The position numbers and the translations under genes are program-made. A DNA stretch of 63,640 nt, the filler included, from Chiloscyllium plagiosum (lineage: Eukaryota), in assembly GCF_004010195.1 (NCBI RefSeq). It is 4 parts of one record of this genome, joined end to end, with 100 filler letters (N's around TTAATTAATTAA, not from the genome) between each part and the next. Parts side by side here need not be neighbours in the genome. Positions count along the whole stretch, not along the records: positions 1 to 24,538 come from NC_057713.1; 3 more parts are not named here. One strand, written 5' to 3'. This document shows positions 12,016-24,638 of the stretch, piece after piece. The notes beneath the pieces were generated by a model. It was not told the DNA's origin and ran no database searches. It saw only the letters and a list, made by a program, of their open reading frames with translations. Within the stretch, counting starts at the first letter, position 1, and each line of letters starts with the position of its first letter.

Positions 12016-12258
12016 AGTTAAAAATCACGCAACACAGGTTATAGTCCAACAGGTTTATTTGGAAGCATTAGCTTTAGAAAGGCTGCTTGTTCATCAGGTG
12101 GTTGTGGAGTAGGACCATAAGACACAGAATTTACAGCAAAAGGTTACAGTGTCATCCAGCTGAAATATATTAAACAAACTCACTGTTGGACTGTAACCTG
12201 GTGTTGTGTGATTTTTAACTTTGTCCACCCTAGACTAACACCGGCTTCTCCAAATCAT
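12016..12258. mobile_element. Short Penelope-derived element with inverted ends (second family)
   Basis: AGTTAAAAATCACGCAACAC-AGGTTATAGTCCAACAG is inverted at 12183-12220. Decayed CTGATGA motif on the minus strand near 12090. Confidence 0.6.
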
Positions 12259-14550
12259 TATTCAATTGCAGGGGGACTGCTCACATAGTCATATGGCGCA
12301 GAGGTTCAAGATAGCCAAGGAGACCTCTGTGCAGCCCAATCTGTGTCTATTTTTCAATTTGTTAATGTGTTACAAAGGCCTGACCTTGTACAATAAAAGA
12401 TGTGGAAGAATGTTGGGAGTTATTTCTTCATTTCTGCAGCGGGAATGGCGAGGGCGGAAACCATGGGGCTTTGGAAAGACAAATTCTTCATTTAAAAACT
12501 TATCAGAGTGCAGAGGCTTCTGGGAAGCCTGATGAAGAACCACCTGATGGAGCTAGGATGGAACTTAGAGCTAGAACAAACAGTGTTGTTATCTCCGGTT
12601 TGTTACCCGTGCCATGTGCTAGTAAGACGAGGAAAATAGGGAGAGAGAGCAGTTGAACACGCAGCTACAGGGATGGCGCAGGAGGGAGGGTTTTAGATAC
12701 CTCGATATTGGGGCTCTTTCAAGGGGAGGTGGGACCTCTACAAATGGGATGGTCTACATATGAATCAGAGGGGTATCAATATCCTTGGGGGGAGATTTGC
12801 TAATGTTCTTTGGGAAGGTTTAAACTAATTCAGCAGGAGGATGGGAACCTGAATTGTAGCTCCAGTGTCCAGGAAGTTGAGAGTAGTAAGATCATGAATA
12901 AGTTTTCAAGGTTGCAGGAGTGTACCAGTAAGCAGGAAGGTGGTTTGAAGTGTGTCTACTTCAACACCAGGACCATTCGGAATAAGGTGGGAGAATTGGC
13001 AGCAGGGGTTGGTACCTGGAACTTGGATGTTGCGACCATTTCGGAGACACGGATAGAGAAGGGACAGGAATGGTTGTTGCAGGTTCTGGAGTTTAGATGT
13101 TTCAGTAGGATCAGGGAAGGTGCTTAAAGAGGGTGAGGTGTGGCATTGTTAGTCAAGGACTGTATTACGTCGGCAGAAAGGAGGTTTAAGGACTCATCTA
13201 CAGAGGTAGCATGGACTAAGGTAAGAAATAGGAGAAGAGAGGTCACCCTGTTGGGTGTTTTCTTTAGGCCTTCGAATAGTTCTAGAGATGTAAACGAAAG
13301 GGTAGCAAAGATGATTCTGGATAGGAGCGAAAGTAACAGGGTGGTTATTTTGGGGGAACCTTAACTTTCCAAATATTGACTGGAAATGCTATAGTTTGAG
13401 TACTTTAGACGGGTCAGTTTTTGTCCAATGTGTGCAAGATGGTTTCCTGACAAGGTATGTAGACAGGCCAACAAGGGGTGAGGCCACTTTGAATTTGGTA
13501 CTGGGTAATGAACCTGGCCAGGTGTTAGATGTGGAGGTAGGTGAGCACTTTAGTGATACTGACCACAATACAGTTATGTTTACTTTAGCGATGGAAAGAG
13601 ACAGGTATACACCGGATGGCAAGAGCGACAGCTGGGGGAAAGGCAATTACGATGCGATTAGATAAGATTTAGGATGCATAGGATGGGGAAGGAAACTGCA
13701 GGGGATGGGCGCAGTTGGAATGTGAAGCTTATTCAAGGAACAGATACTACGTGTCCTTGACAAGTATGTACCTGTCAGGCAGGGAGGAAGTGGTTGAGCG
13801 AGAGAGCCGTGGTTTATTAAAGAAGTTGAATCCCTTGTCAAGAGGGAGAAGGAGGCTTATGTAAAGATGAGACATGAAGGCTCAGTTAGGGCACTTGAGA
13901 GTTATGAGTTAGCCAGGAAAGACCTGAAGAGAGAGCCAAGAACCCCCAGGAGGGGACATAAGAAGTCTTTGGCAGGTAGGATCAAGGAAAACCCTAATGC
14001 TTTCTATAGGTATGTCAGGAATAAATGAATGACCAGGGTAAGATTAGGGCCAGTCAACGACAGTGGTGGGAAATTGTACATGGAGTCTGAAAAGATAGGA
14101 GAGGGGCTAAATGCATATTTTCCGTCAGTATTCACACAGGAAAAAGACAATGTTGTCGAGGAGAATACTGAGATACAGGCTATTAGACTAAACAGGATTT
14201 AGGTTCATCAAGAGGAGGTGTTAGCAATACAAATAGATAAGTCGCATGGGCCGGCTGGGATTTATCCTAGGAATCTCTGGGAAACGAGGGAGGAGATTGC
14301 AAAGCCTTTGGCTTTGATCTTTATGTCGTCGTTGTCTACAGGAATTGTGCCAGAAGACTGGAAGATAGCAAATGTTGTCCCCTTGTTCAAGTAGGGGAGT
14401 AGAGACAACCCTGGTAATTATAGACCAGTGAACCTTACTTCTGTTATGGGCAAAGTTTTGGAAAGGATTATAAGAGATTGGCTTTATAATCATCTCGAAA
14501 GGAGTAATTTGATTAGGGATAGTCAACACAATTTTGTGAAGGGTAGGTCA

Positions 14551-15306
14551 TGTTATGAAGGTATCGGTGTCTACTGGACCTTTAAGAGAGAGTGGAAGCT
14601 AGCACGGACTTAGAGAGGCACAGAGTGTGCTGAAAAATGTAAAAATGTAACATTTGGTTGTGAAGCAACTAGCTGGAGCTGCATTGCCATGGTACACAAC
14701 AAATTTGAATTTGGCCAATCAATTTAAATCATGCTCCAAGAGACCAAATTCCAATCGAATTTGAATTTTAATATTTTGATGACATTAAACCAATGAGGCG
14801 GTCTGATAGTTTGGGATATATAAAATCGGGTATTTTGAACAGTTAGCCAGAGTGGCAAAGAGCACCAATGAAATATGGCCTGCAGAGCCTCTCTCTGAAA
14901 GGTAGTTTTTCAAATGAAATTTGTGAAACAGATGACTAAGAAAAGACCTAGGAAAGTACAGATGCCAAGGGAAAAGTGGCAACTGACTGGTTTTGAAATT
15001 TGAATTTTTTAATAAACTTAATCGGTGGTGGGGGAGGGGGGGGGAAGGTGGTGTTTATCGGATCAGTCTATTGTTGTAGAGTGGCAGGTAGATAAATTGA
15101 TCAGACAAAGGAGGATTACTGTGGAGATAGTTGTTGTTAATTGTTCTCGTATTTCTTGGTGTTAAAGAATAAATTGTTAATTTTTTCTTTAAACAGTGGG
15201 AATTTGTAGTTCTTTGTCATTCATACTTTAACAGATTACAACGCAAGGTAAGCTTTTCTGTGGGTCTGGTTGAAATTAGCAGAAGGGTTTACTCTGTGCC
15301 GTAACA
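14551..15306 (+). mobile_element. Solo LTR (756 bp) inserted in CR1 ORF2
   Basis: Termini TGTTA...TAACA, 4-bp flanks GTCA/GTCT, TATA box near 14816, AATAAA near 15168. CR1 sequence resumes exactly after it. Confidence 0.8.
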
Positions 15307-16421
15307 GTCTTGCCTCACAAACCTTATTGAGATCTTTGAGATGGTGACCAAACGTGTGGATTAGGGTAAAGCAGTTGATGGAGTGTATATGGATTTCAGT
15401 AAAGTGTTTGATAAGGTTCTCCATGGTAGGCTATTGCAGAAAATACGGGAACATGGGATTGTGGGTGATTTAGCGGTTTGGATCAGAAATTGGTTAGCTG
15501 AAAGAAGACAGAGAGTGGTGGTTGATGGGAATTGTTCATCTTAGAGTTCAGTTACTAGTGGTGTGCCGCAAGGATCTGTTTTGGGGTCACTGCTGTTTGT
15601 CATTGTTATAAATAACCTGGATGAGGGTGTAGAAGGATGGGTTAGTAAATTTGCAGATTACACTAAAGTTGGTGGAATTGTGGACAGTGCGGAAGGATGT
15701 TGCAGGTTACAGAGGGATGTAGATAAGCTGTAGAGTTGGGCTGAGAGGTGGCAAATGGAGTTTGATGCGGAAAGATATGAAGTAATTCACTTTGGAAGGA
15801 GTAACAGGAATACAGAGTACTGGGCTAATGGTAAGATTCTTGGTAGTGTAGGTAAGCAGAGAGATCTCGGTATCCATGTGCATAGATCACTGCAAGTTGC
15901 CATCCAGGTTGATAGGGTTGTTAAGAAGGCGTACGGTGTGTCAGCTTTTATTGGTAGAGGGATTGAGTTTCAGATCCATGAGGTCATGTTGCGGCTGTAC
16001 AAAACTCTGGTGCGGCCACACTTGGAGTATTGCGTACAGTTCTGGTCACCACATATTAAGAATGATGTGGAAGCTTTGGAAACGGTTCAGAGGAGATATA
16101 CTAGGATTTTGCCTGGTATGGAGGGAAGGTCTGATGAAGAAAGTCTGAGGGACTTGAGGCTGTTTTCATTAGAGAGAAGGTTAAGAGGTGACTTAATAGA
16201 GGCATACAAGATGATCAGAGGATTAGATAGGGTGGACAATGAGAACCTTTTCCTCACATAGTGATAGCTAGCTTGAGGGGACATAGCTTTAAATTGAAGG
16301 GTAATAGATATAGGACTGATGTCAGAGGTTCTTTACTCAGAGGGTATGGAATGCCCTGCTTGCAGCAGTAGTGGACTCGCCTACATTAAGGGCATTTAAA
16401 TAGTCATTTGATAAGCATATG

Positions 16422-16676
16422 ATTAGATTAGATTAGATTACTTACAGTGTGGAAACAGGCCCTTCGGCCCAACAAGTCCNNNNNNNNNNNNNNNNNNNNN
16501 NNNNNNNNNNNNNNNNNNNNNNNNNNNNNNNNNNNNNNNNNNNNNNNNNNNNNNNNNNNNNNNNNNNNNNNNNNNNNNNNNNNNNNNNNNNNNNNNNNNN
16601 NNNNNNNNNNNNNNNNNGAACCCGGGTCTCTGGCGCTGTGAGGCAGCAGTGCTAACCACTGTGCCACCGTGCCGCC
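16422..16676 (-). mobile_element. HE1 SINE spanning a 138-N gap
   Basis: Tail left of the gap (16480-16617), head right of it; inserted in the CR1 3' end. Confidence 0.9.
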
Positions 16677-16780
16677 TATGGATGATAATGGAATAGTGTA
16701 GGTTAGATGGGCTTTAGATTGCTCAATGCAACATCAAGGGCCAAAGGGCCTGTACTGCGCTGTAATGTTCTATGTTAACT

Positions 16781-17262
16781 CTGAAAAAATTCAATAATTA
16801 TTTTCTGCTTAGTGTGCTGTCATTGAACAAGTGATACCGTCCACCATGTCATCAATGTCGTCAAAGATCTTTTCCGTGTTTTTATGCTGCAGTGCAAAAT
16901 CCTGGAGCATCCTTATAGCTTCACTGGCTGAGTGACCAGGCAGTCATCACACTCTTCAGGCTCATCGGCCTCCTCACTTTCCTCAGTTGAAGAACATACT
17001 GCATCTATGATTACCTCATTTTTCAGTTCCATAGTGCAATGTATGTTTCCATGGTTGCCTCTATTGGAATTTCCATGACGACAAGCAAGAAAAGCTTTGT
17101 CAGTGTTAAAAATGTCCCTTGGCACTTGCTCATTCGGAAATGGGTGAGACCATTTTGCAACCAATTATCTCTTATTGCTACCATGACTACCACATACTTA
17201 ACATTGAAGATGATGCTGTGCCTTGTCTTGGAACAGTCCAGGCATTTGTTGCCCAACTTAGA
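16781..17262 (-). pseudogene. Tigger/pogo-family transposase fossil with internal deletion
   Basis: Reverse-strand remnants CLDCSKTRHSIIF (cf. WLxRFKxRHxI), PRDIFNTDK (cf. PxDIFNxDE), an acidic tract, EAIRMLQDF and terminal KQKIIIEFF (cf. KQxxIxxFF). Confidence 0.7.
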
Positions 17263-17272
17263 AACAGGACCA

Positions 17273-17870
17273 GAATCATAGAATCATAAAATCCTTACAG
17301 TGCAGACACCAACATTAGATTAGATTAGATTACTTGCAGCGTGGAAATAGGCCCTTCGGCCCAACGAGTCCACACCGACCCTCCGAAGAGCAACCCACCC
17401 AGACCCATTCCCCTACATTTACCCCTTCACCTAACACTATGGGCAATTTAGCGTGGCCAATTCACCTAACCTGCACATTTTTGGACTGTGGGAGGAAACT
17501 GGAGCACCTGGAGGAAACCCACGCAGACACGGGGAGAATGTGCAAACTCCACACAGACAGTTGCCTGAAGCGGGAATTGAACCCAGGTCTCTGGCACTGT
17601 GAGGCAGCAGTGCTAATCACTGAGCCACCGTGCCGCCCACTAAGAGGCCATTCAGCCCATCAAGTCTGCACCAACCCTCCGAATTGCATCTCACCCAGAC
17701 CCAGACCCCTACCTATCCCTGTAATCCTGCATTTCCTGTGGTGAATTCACCTAGCCTGCACACCTCTGAACACAATAGACAATTTAGCATGGCCAATTCA
17801 CCTAAACTGCACTTCTTTGGACTGTGGGAGAAAACAGGAGTACCTGGTGGAAACCTACAGGGAGAAGGTG
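17273..17870 (-). mobile_element. Older HE1-like SINE with a young HE1 (17314-17638) nested in its tail
   Basis: The outer copy's tail (AGAATCAT repeats) continues after the inner copy as GAGGCCATTCAGCCC. Confidence 0.85.
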
Positions 17871-19659
17871 CTAAATACAATGCACTGCACTGTGATAGGA
17901 GTTATGTGCATGAGCATTTTTAGCAGCAGAAACTAAACACTTCACAGTGTCTACTTATTGTGTAGCAAGTACAATATTTGTATAAGTCCTCATTTCTGTC
18001 AATGGGGACCCTTCACTACATACCTTTGTGGAGCTAGGCTACAGGTTTTTTTAATAACAAGGATCATTTGTCCTGTAGGATTTTCCACTTTTAAGATGCT
18101 TGCAATTTAATTCTGTGTATTCAGTTGGATGAGATGCCACAAGGTATGAATATCTTTCTGATTCTAACTTTTCACCTGATAAATAGCACCAGTTCACTGC
18201 ACTGACATGGTGGGAGTAGGGAAAAGACCATGAATCACTGGACTTTAAGTGACCCAGTGATCTTGGCTTAATAGACAACAGTCCTCCATAGCAATAGAGC
18301 GCGTTGACTTAGTTGGTTACCTTCCATTAGATCTCCACCCACTCCCAAACTTTGTCTACATCCGGCACATGATGTGCACATCCCTTTAAGGCTCATGATT
18401 CTGTAGCCAGATTAAAGCATCAGTCCTACATTTTTATATGACCTTTGGTTGCTTTTATCTGTATCTAGTTTTATCTTCAAATAAATGACCCACGTTATTT
18501 TATTCCCAATTTTTGTTGTATATTTGGCACCTTTGTGATAAACAGAAGAACGCACTAGCCCATACTGCCACTCCACATTGTTTTTGTCTTCCCATGTCAA
18601 TACTACAATTCAGAGAAACAGTTTTCAGGAAGCTTTCAAGGAATTGATAATTTTACAAAACACAGAGGTGTAATGTAAATGACTGCTTGGGAACACGTTA
18701 ATGCACTTTCTATTGAGTCTTTCTTTCTTCAAGATCTCTCTGGGACCAGCAAGGCCAGCTGGAGACCTCTAGTGTTGATCCTGCTGAAGTGCATGAGGAG
18801 CTCACACAAACCATCAGAATAAAACTGACTTGGCTAGTCTCTCTGGCCCAGCACCTGCTAGTTGCCCAGCACTGACCTGGAATTAAGTACAAGTGTTGCG
18901 TTCGCCAGTTAAAAAGCTGTCAGGAATTAAATTACTCGAGATACCCCAAACATTTGCAGGTGGGGAAGGTGCTCCCAGGCACATTTGTTGAGACTGGTTA
19001 GAATGGCAGCTGGCAAGACCACGTTGCCTAGGTTGCAGCAATTATGCATCCATCAGTTCACTGGGATGACTTGGGCCTGAGTCATTGGGCATTTTTAATC
19101 AGCTCGAAAATTGATATTTCACCACTTCTCATGTTTTTATGCAAATACTGTATAAACCGAGTGAGTGAGACTCTCCACGCCATCTGCAGAGATTTGGTTT
19201 AATGCTCTCCTTCAGCTTACTTGCAAGTCCATGTGCCACCAGATGGTGCTGCAAGTCAACAGAAACATGGTGACTTAAAAGCTGAAACTTGTCAAGTCTG
19301 CAATCTTCATGATTCATGTCAGAAACAATCTGGGGAGGAAATCATGCCTGGCAACTGTTGGCGTCTGCACACATTTAAATGGAGGGAAGGACTGGTTACT
19401 TGGTAGGGTCTGGTTACAGAGCTAAATAACCAGAGCCTGAATCTCCAGTGACCCCACTGAGATCAGGTCAGAAGCTGTGTGGTGAGCCCAGGTCAGGGGC
19501 CAGTGATGGGACAAGGCTCAGATCAGGATCCGTGATGGGACAGGGAATCGGAGGTCAGAGGATCGGAGACTGGAGGCCAAGGCCATGATCAGCACCAACT
19601 CTGTCCCCGCCTTGGTCCTTGAACAACACAGGATTATTTACATAATAAACAGCAGAAGC

Positions 19660-21068
19660 AGCCTGCAACAGACAGAGCTAAGTGATCTCACAGCCAATAG
19701 ATCAGTCTTCTACAGCCCTGCCACATCCAGACATGATTGATGCAGGATAAGTATATAACTCATTGGAGGAGGCTCCACAAATATCCCCATCCTCAATGAT
19801 GGAAGAGCCCAGTACATCAGTGCAAAAGCTAAGGCTGAAGCATTCGCAGCGATCTTCATCCAGACATGCCAAGTGGATGAGTTATCTCGGCCACCACCAG
19901 TGGTTCCCCAGCATTACAGATACCAATCTTCAGCCAATTTGAATCACTCCACGTGATATCAAGAAATGGTTGGAGACCCTAGATACTGCAAAGCCTGTGG
20001 ACCCTGACAACATTCCTGCAACAGTATTGAAGACTTGTGATCCAGAATCTGCCACACCCCTAGCCAAGCTGTTCTAGTACAGGTACAACGTGGTACACAT
20101 ATGACAATGTGGAAAATTTCCCAGGTATGTGCTGTACATAGAAAGCAGGACAAATCCAACCAGGCCAATTACCACCCCATCAGTCTACTCTTGATCATCA
20201 ATAAAGTGACAGGAGGTATCATCAATAGTGTTATCGAGCAACACTTGCTCAGCAATAACATGCTCAGTGATGCCCAGTTTGGATTTGGCCAGGGCCATTC
20301 AGCTCCTGACATCATTACAGCCTTGATTTAAACATGGACAAAAGAGCTGAAATCCAGAGGTGATGTGAGACTCCCAACACTTAGCATTAACAGAACAGTT
20401 AACTAAGTGTGACATCCAGGAGCTGTAGCAAATCTGGAGTGAATGGGAATCGGGGGTAAAACTCCAGGCTAGTCATAGTCATATCTGGCACATAGGAAGA
20501 TGGTTGTGGTTATTAGAGGTCAGTCATCTCAGCTCCACGACATCTCTGCAGGAGTTCCTCATGGTAGTATCCTAGACATAACCATCTTCTGTTGCTTTAT
20601 CAATTACCTTTCTTCCACCATGAGGTGAGATGTGAGGATAGTCATTAATGAGTGTACAACGTTCAGTGCCATTTGCAACTCCTCAAATACTGAAGCAGTC
20701 CATGTTCAAATGCAACAAGATGTGGATAATATCCAGGCTTCAACCATTTAAATGCCAGGCAATAATTATCTCCAACAAAAGAGAATCGATAAATCCCCTA
20801 ACCATCCCTTTGAAGTTAAAAGGCATTTTCTTCCTGGAATTCCTCATCATCAATATCTTGAGAATTACCATTGATCAGAAACCGAACTGAGCCAACCACA
20901 TAAATACAGTGGCTACAAGAGCAGGTCAGAGGCGAGGAATCTGATAGTGAGTAACTCACCTCCTGATTCCCTGAAAGCCTGTCCACCATCTACAAGGCAC
21001 AAATCAGGATTCCCCACATTCCTGAATGAGTGTAGCTCCAACAACACTTAAGGAGTTCAACACAATGC
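19660..21068 (+). mobile_element. Decayed LINE RT region of a second CR1/L2-group family
   Basis: WKISQVCAVHRKQDKSNQANYHPISLL..QFGFGQGHSAPD and a GVPxGS-like motif near 20551. Confidence 0.8.
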
Positions 21069-21074
21069 AAGAGC

Positions 21075-21845
21075 ATGAGATCCTAAAAAACAGGATGAGA
21101 AGTGGTTCATTCAGCCCATCAAGGCTGCGCTGCAAACTGGACCTTTCTCTTTTTCCCCCAACTCTTGTTTCCCTCACTGCCTTTCTTGAATTTACTAACC
21201 ATCCCAGCCTTAACAGCCCTCTGCTGTAAGGAATTCCACAGATTCATTACCCTCTGAGAGAAGAAATTCCTCCTCATCGCTGTTTTAAAAGGACAACTCC
21301 TTACTCCAAGATTATGCTGCCTGGTTTTCAACTCTTCCACAATACAAAACAACCTTTCCTCATATACCATATTATGTCCACTGGGAATCTTGAATGTTTC
21401 ATAAAACCAGAGAAAATAGGAGCAGGAGTATGCCATTCAGCCATTTAAGCCTGCTTCACCATTCAATATGATTATGGTTGATCATCAACTCAGGGGCCTG
21501 TTCCCACTTTCTCCCCAATAGTTTTTGATCCTAAGAACTGTATCATCTTCCTTCTTGAAAATATCCAATGTTTTGTATTCAAACGCTTTCTGTGGCAGAG
21601 GGTTTCACACGTTTACTGCACTCTGGGTGAAAAAATTCCTTCTCATCTCGACCTAAATGACTCAACCGATATCTTGAGGCTACAACCCCTGGTTCTGAAC
21701 TCCCCAGTCATTGGGTATATTCTTCCTGTGTTTACCTGTTAGAATTTTATAGGTTTCTATGAGACTCCCCCCTCATTCTTCTAGATTGCAGTGACTATAA
21801 TCCTAACTGATCCAATCTCCATTCACACACCAGTCTTGTCGTCCC
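21075..21845 (-). mobile_element. Two CR1 3'-end fragments
   Basis: RRNFFSQRVMNLWNSL on the reverse strand; a second 3' end begins near 21415. Confidence 0.8.
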
Positions 21846-21879
21846 GTGATTTCACTACATGTCTTTGGCCATGACACAT

Positions 21880-22750
21880 GCAAAGAGAAAGAGAATGATC
21901 AGTACAACCTATTTGAGCTCATTGATTAACCTTCAGCTGAGATTCTTCAGGCATCAATACATTTTGGTAAACAAAGAGCAACAGCAGATTCAAATTTGAT
22001 GAGAATGAAAGAAGGCAAGATCAAATAAGATATTTCAACGTGTGATCTTCCAGGAAGAATTATCAGTGCCAGTCACCGTGCTAGGTCAGTAGCATTCTTC
22101 AAGTCGTATGTTGAGGTCACTGGTAAAACAAATGTAGTGGATGAGTGAAGGCAATCAACTTGATTTTCAAATTGAAATGACAAAGTTCCATACTCTTCGA
22201 CACAGATGTATCTGCAGGTTGAGAATAAAGGTTTGTATAAACAGATTGAAGGAGGGCAGCTTAAGATTCCAAGTGAACCAACACTGAGATGGGATAACTA
22301 ATGCCCACGGATTCAGGAATAGACAAACCTATCTCATTAGAGCAGTCAACTTCCATGAGGGGAATTCAGGAGATTAAAAGTCCCCCAGACAATGTTGCGC
22401 CGCAACTACCTGATTCATCAGGGAAGAGTTCTGCCGCAAAAGAAATTAAGGAGGTTACAACCTTCAAGGTAAGGTAAAACATCAACAACCTGGTTGAAAT
22501 GAAACAATGTCCTTAGCGAAGAACTTCTAAGAGATAAAAGGTCTCCTAGTAAAGAGAGACTGTACAGATCACACAATGTCAAGAAAAAAAAATTAATACC
22601 AACAGTACTCGTGTCAAAGATCTGCCAGTTATTCATCTCCAAAGAAAGAGTGTTCTAAAAGAATTGTGAACTCTCCAGACCATCTGAATTTGTGAAGTCA
22701 GAGTCTTAGAGAGGCTTGGGGTTGTAGTAATGTTAACTGTAGGGAAAAAG
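21880..22750 (+). mobile_element. Gypsy-type LTR retrotransposon remnant (pol C-terminus and start of 3' LTR)
   Basis: Decayed reading VNKEQQQ..RKNY and terminal KRIVNSPDHLNL*, followed by a purine-rich tract and TGTAGT. Confidence 0.4.
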
Positions 22751-22889
22751 CTTGGAGCAAGATGTATAAGGTAATTATTCTGAAATTGCATTAAGCTCCA
22801 CCAACCAGGTGAGATCAAAAGGATCACGGTGGGGAAAAAGGCAAACAGGTTAGGATCCTGTAGAGTAGAAATCCACATCACATGTCTGC

Positions 22890-23075
22890 TCATAGATTGG
22901 ATGGCTGGTTTGCAATGCAGCATAACACCAACAACACAGGTTCAACTCTTGCATCAGCCGAGGTTCTTATGAAAATCCCACCTCCTTGCCTGAGGTGAGG
23001 TAACCCTCAGGTTAAACTCACCACCAGTCGTCTCACTTGAGTGAGTGAGTGGAACTATGGGAGATGTTACCTTTA
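22890..23075 (+). mobile_element. Old tRNA-derived SINE
   Basis: B-box-like CAGGTTCAACTC, a short body and a TTACCTTTAC tail. Confidence 0.45.
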
Positions 23076-24346
23076 CATAGTTTTAGAAACAATGTAACTT
23101 GTTGCATAGTTACAATCATGCAATGAAGTACACCTTGTTTAAGGGAAGAGGCTTGTTAACAATAATTTAATGGTAGGAAACTACCCCAACAAAAAACTGG
23201 TTATGATTGGTAAAGCAAGACGTACAACAGTGTGGGGATGGAATTTCAGAGCTTAAGCCCTAGGTGACTTTAGACATGGCCATCAATGGCTAACCAGTTA
23301 AAATTGGGCTCAAGATACCAGAAACCCAGCAACACAGAATTGTTTAAGGGATTGTGAGGTTGGGTAGGGTTACCGAGAAGAGGAGGGGCAAAGACAGGGA
23401 AGATTTTAAAGTAGATGTGACAATTGTGCGCTTACAATATTTTATATAGAATGCTAATTGGTCTATAAATTGACACAAAGAATGTTACAAAATGGCTTCC
23501 ATGAGTCACATGACTATCCTTGTGGTTTCAGCTGGCACTGGACTAAACGTATCTCAAGAAGAAATCACAACAAACCTTTATAAAATCAATGGATATTTTC
23601 AAAGGTGAATAGAAACTCCTTCAGAACTGTTCCCATGTGGTGTAAACAGTTTTCCCTATCTCACCCACAACCAGATAGAAGAAAATCACCAAGTTAATGG
23701 ACGAGGAATTAAAAAGGTTAATGACCCCATTGAAAGACAATGTATGGGACCCCTCGGGTAACCCAATACCTCGTAGAGAAGCATGATTCAACAGTTTCGG
23801 GATAAGAGCCCAGTTATGTGTCGTATCTGGCTATTCTGTGACCATGTGAAAAGTATCTTGAAGCAGTTACTATGCTCAGCAAGGAAATGAGGAAGGTTTC
23901 CAGTTCTGCTCTTCTGAAGCACACTACTAAGAACCAAAACCTGCAGTGTCTTAAAAGTGAAATAAAGGAAACTTCGCTCACTTCTGGAACTTATTTTGCT
24001 AAGGCACCTCTGGGAAAAACTTTTAACTGTCACTACATAAACCATCTCAGCTGCTAAATCTTTCTTCAAGTTTTCAACTCCTACAGTTTGGAAAGAGAAT
24101 CTTCAAGCAAACCATGCCTGTGATAATATTAGAGACTTGTGATAATTTTCAGCTTCATAAACAACTTGTATCCTTATTTACTTGAGAGTCATAGAGATAA
24201 ATAACATGGAAATAAACCCTTCAATCCAACTTTTCCATGCCCACCAGATATCCTAAATAAATCTAATCTCATTTGCCAGGATTTGGCCTATATCCATCTA
24301 AATCCTTTCTATTCGTATACCCATTCAGATGCTGTAATTGAACAGG

Positions 24347-24538
24347 AAATGTGTTGCTGGAAAAGCGCAGCAGGTCAGGCAGCATCCAGGGAACAGGAGA
24401 ATCGACGTTTCGGGCATAAGCCCTTCTTCAGGAATGGGGAAAGTTTGTCCAGCAGGCTAAGATAAAAGGTAGGGAGGAGGGACTTGGGAGAGGGGCGTCG
24501 GAAATGTGATAGGTGGAAAGAGGTCAAGGTGAGGGTGA
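24347..24538 (-). mobile_element. Penelope-like terminal fragment with hammerhead motif (24400-24435)
   Basis: Near-identical to 11008-11200. Reverse strand CTGAAGAAGGGCTTATGCCCGAAACGTC. Confidence 0.8.
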
Positions 24539-24638
24539 NNNNNNNNNNNNNNNNNNNNNNNNNNNNNNNNNNNNNNNNNNNNTTAATTAATTAANNNNNN
24601 NNNNNNNNNNNNNNNNNNNNNNNNNNNNNNNNNNNNNN
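24539..24638. other. Artificial 100-bp linker/gap
   Basis: 44 N + TTAATTAATTAA + 44 N. Confidence 0.95.

Larger units (their letters stand above)
12549..16776 (+). mobile_element. Long CR1/HER1 LINE: ORF1 esterase C-terminus, ORF2 endonuclease-RT, 3' UTR
   Basis: ELRARTNSVVISGLLPVP (ORF1), LKCVYFNTRTIRNKV, FSDTDHN, NLTSVMGKVLERII and LVRPHLEYCVQFWSP, in collinear order. Disrupted by stops, a solo LTR and an HE1. Confidence 0.9.

Noticed and set aside
15755..16261. 168-aa ORF
   Set aside because: CR1 RT C-terminal remnant, not a host gene.
24583..24594. TTAATTAATTAA as a biological motif
   Set aside because: Identical N44-flanked copies three times; a synthetic linker.
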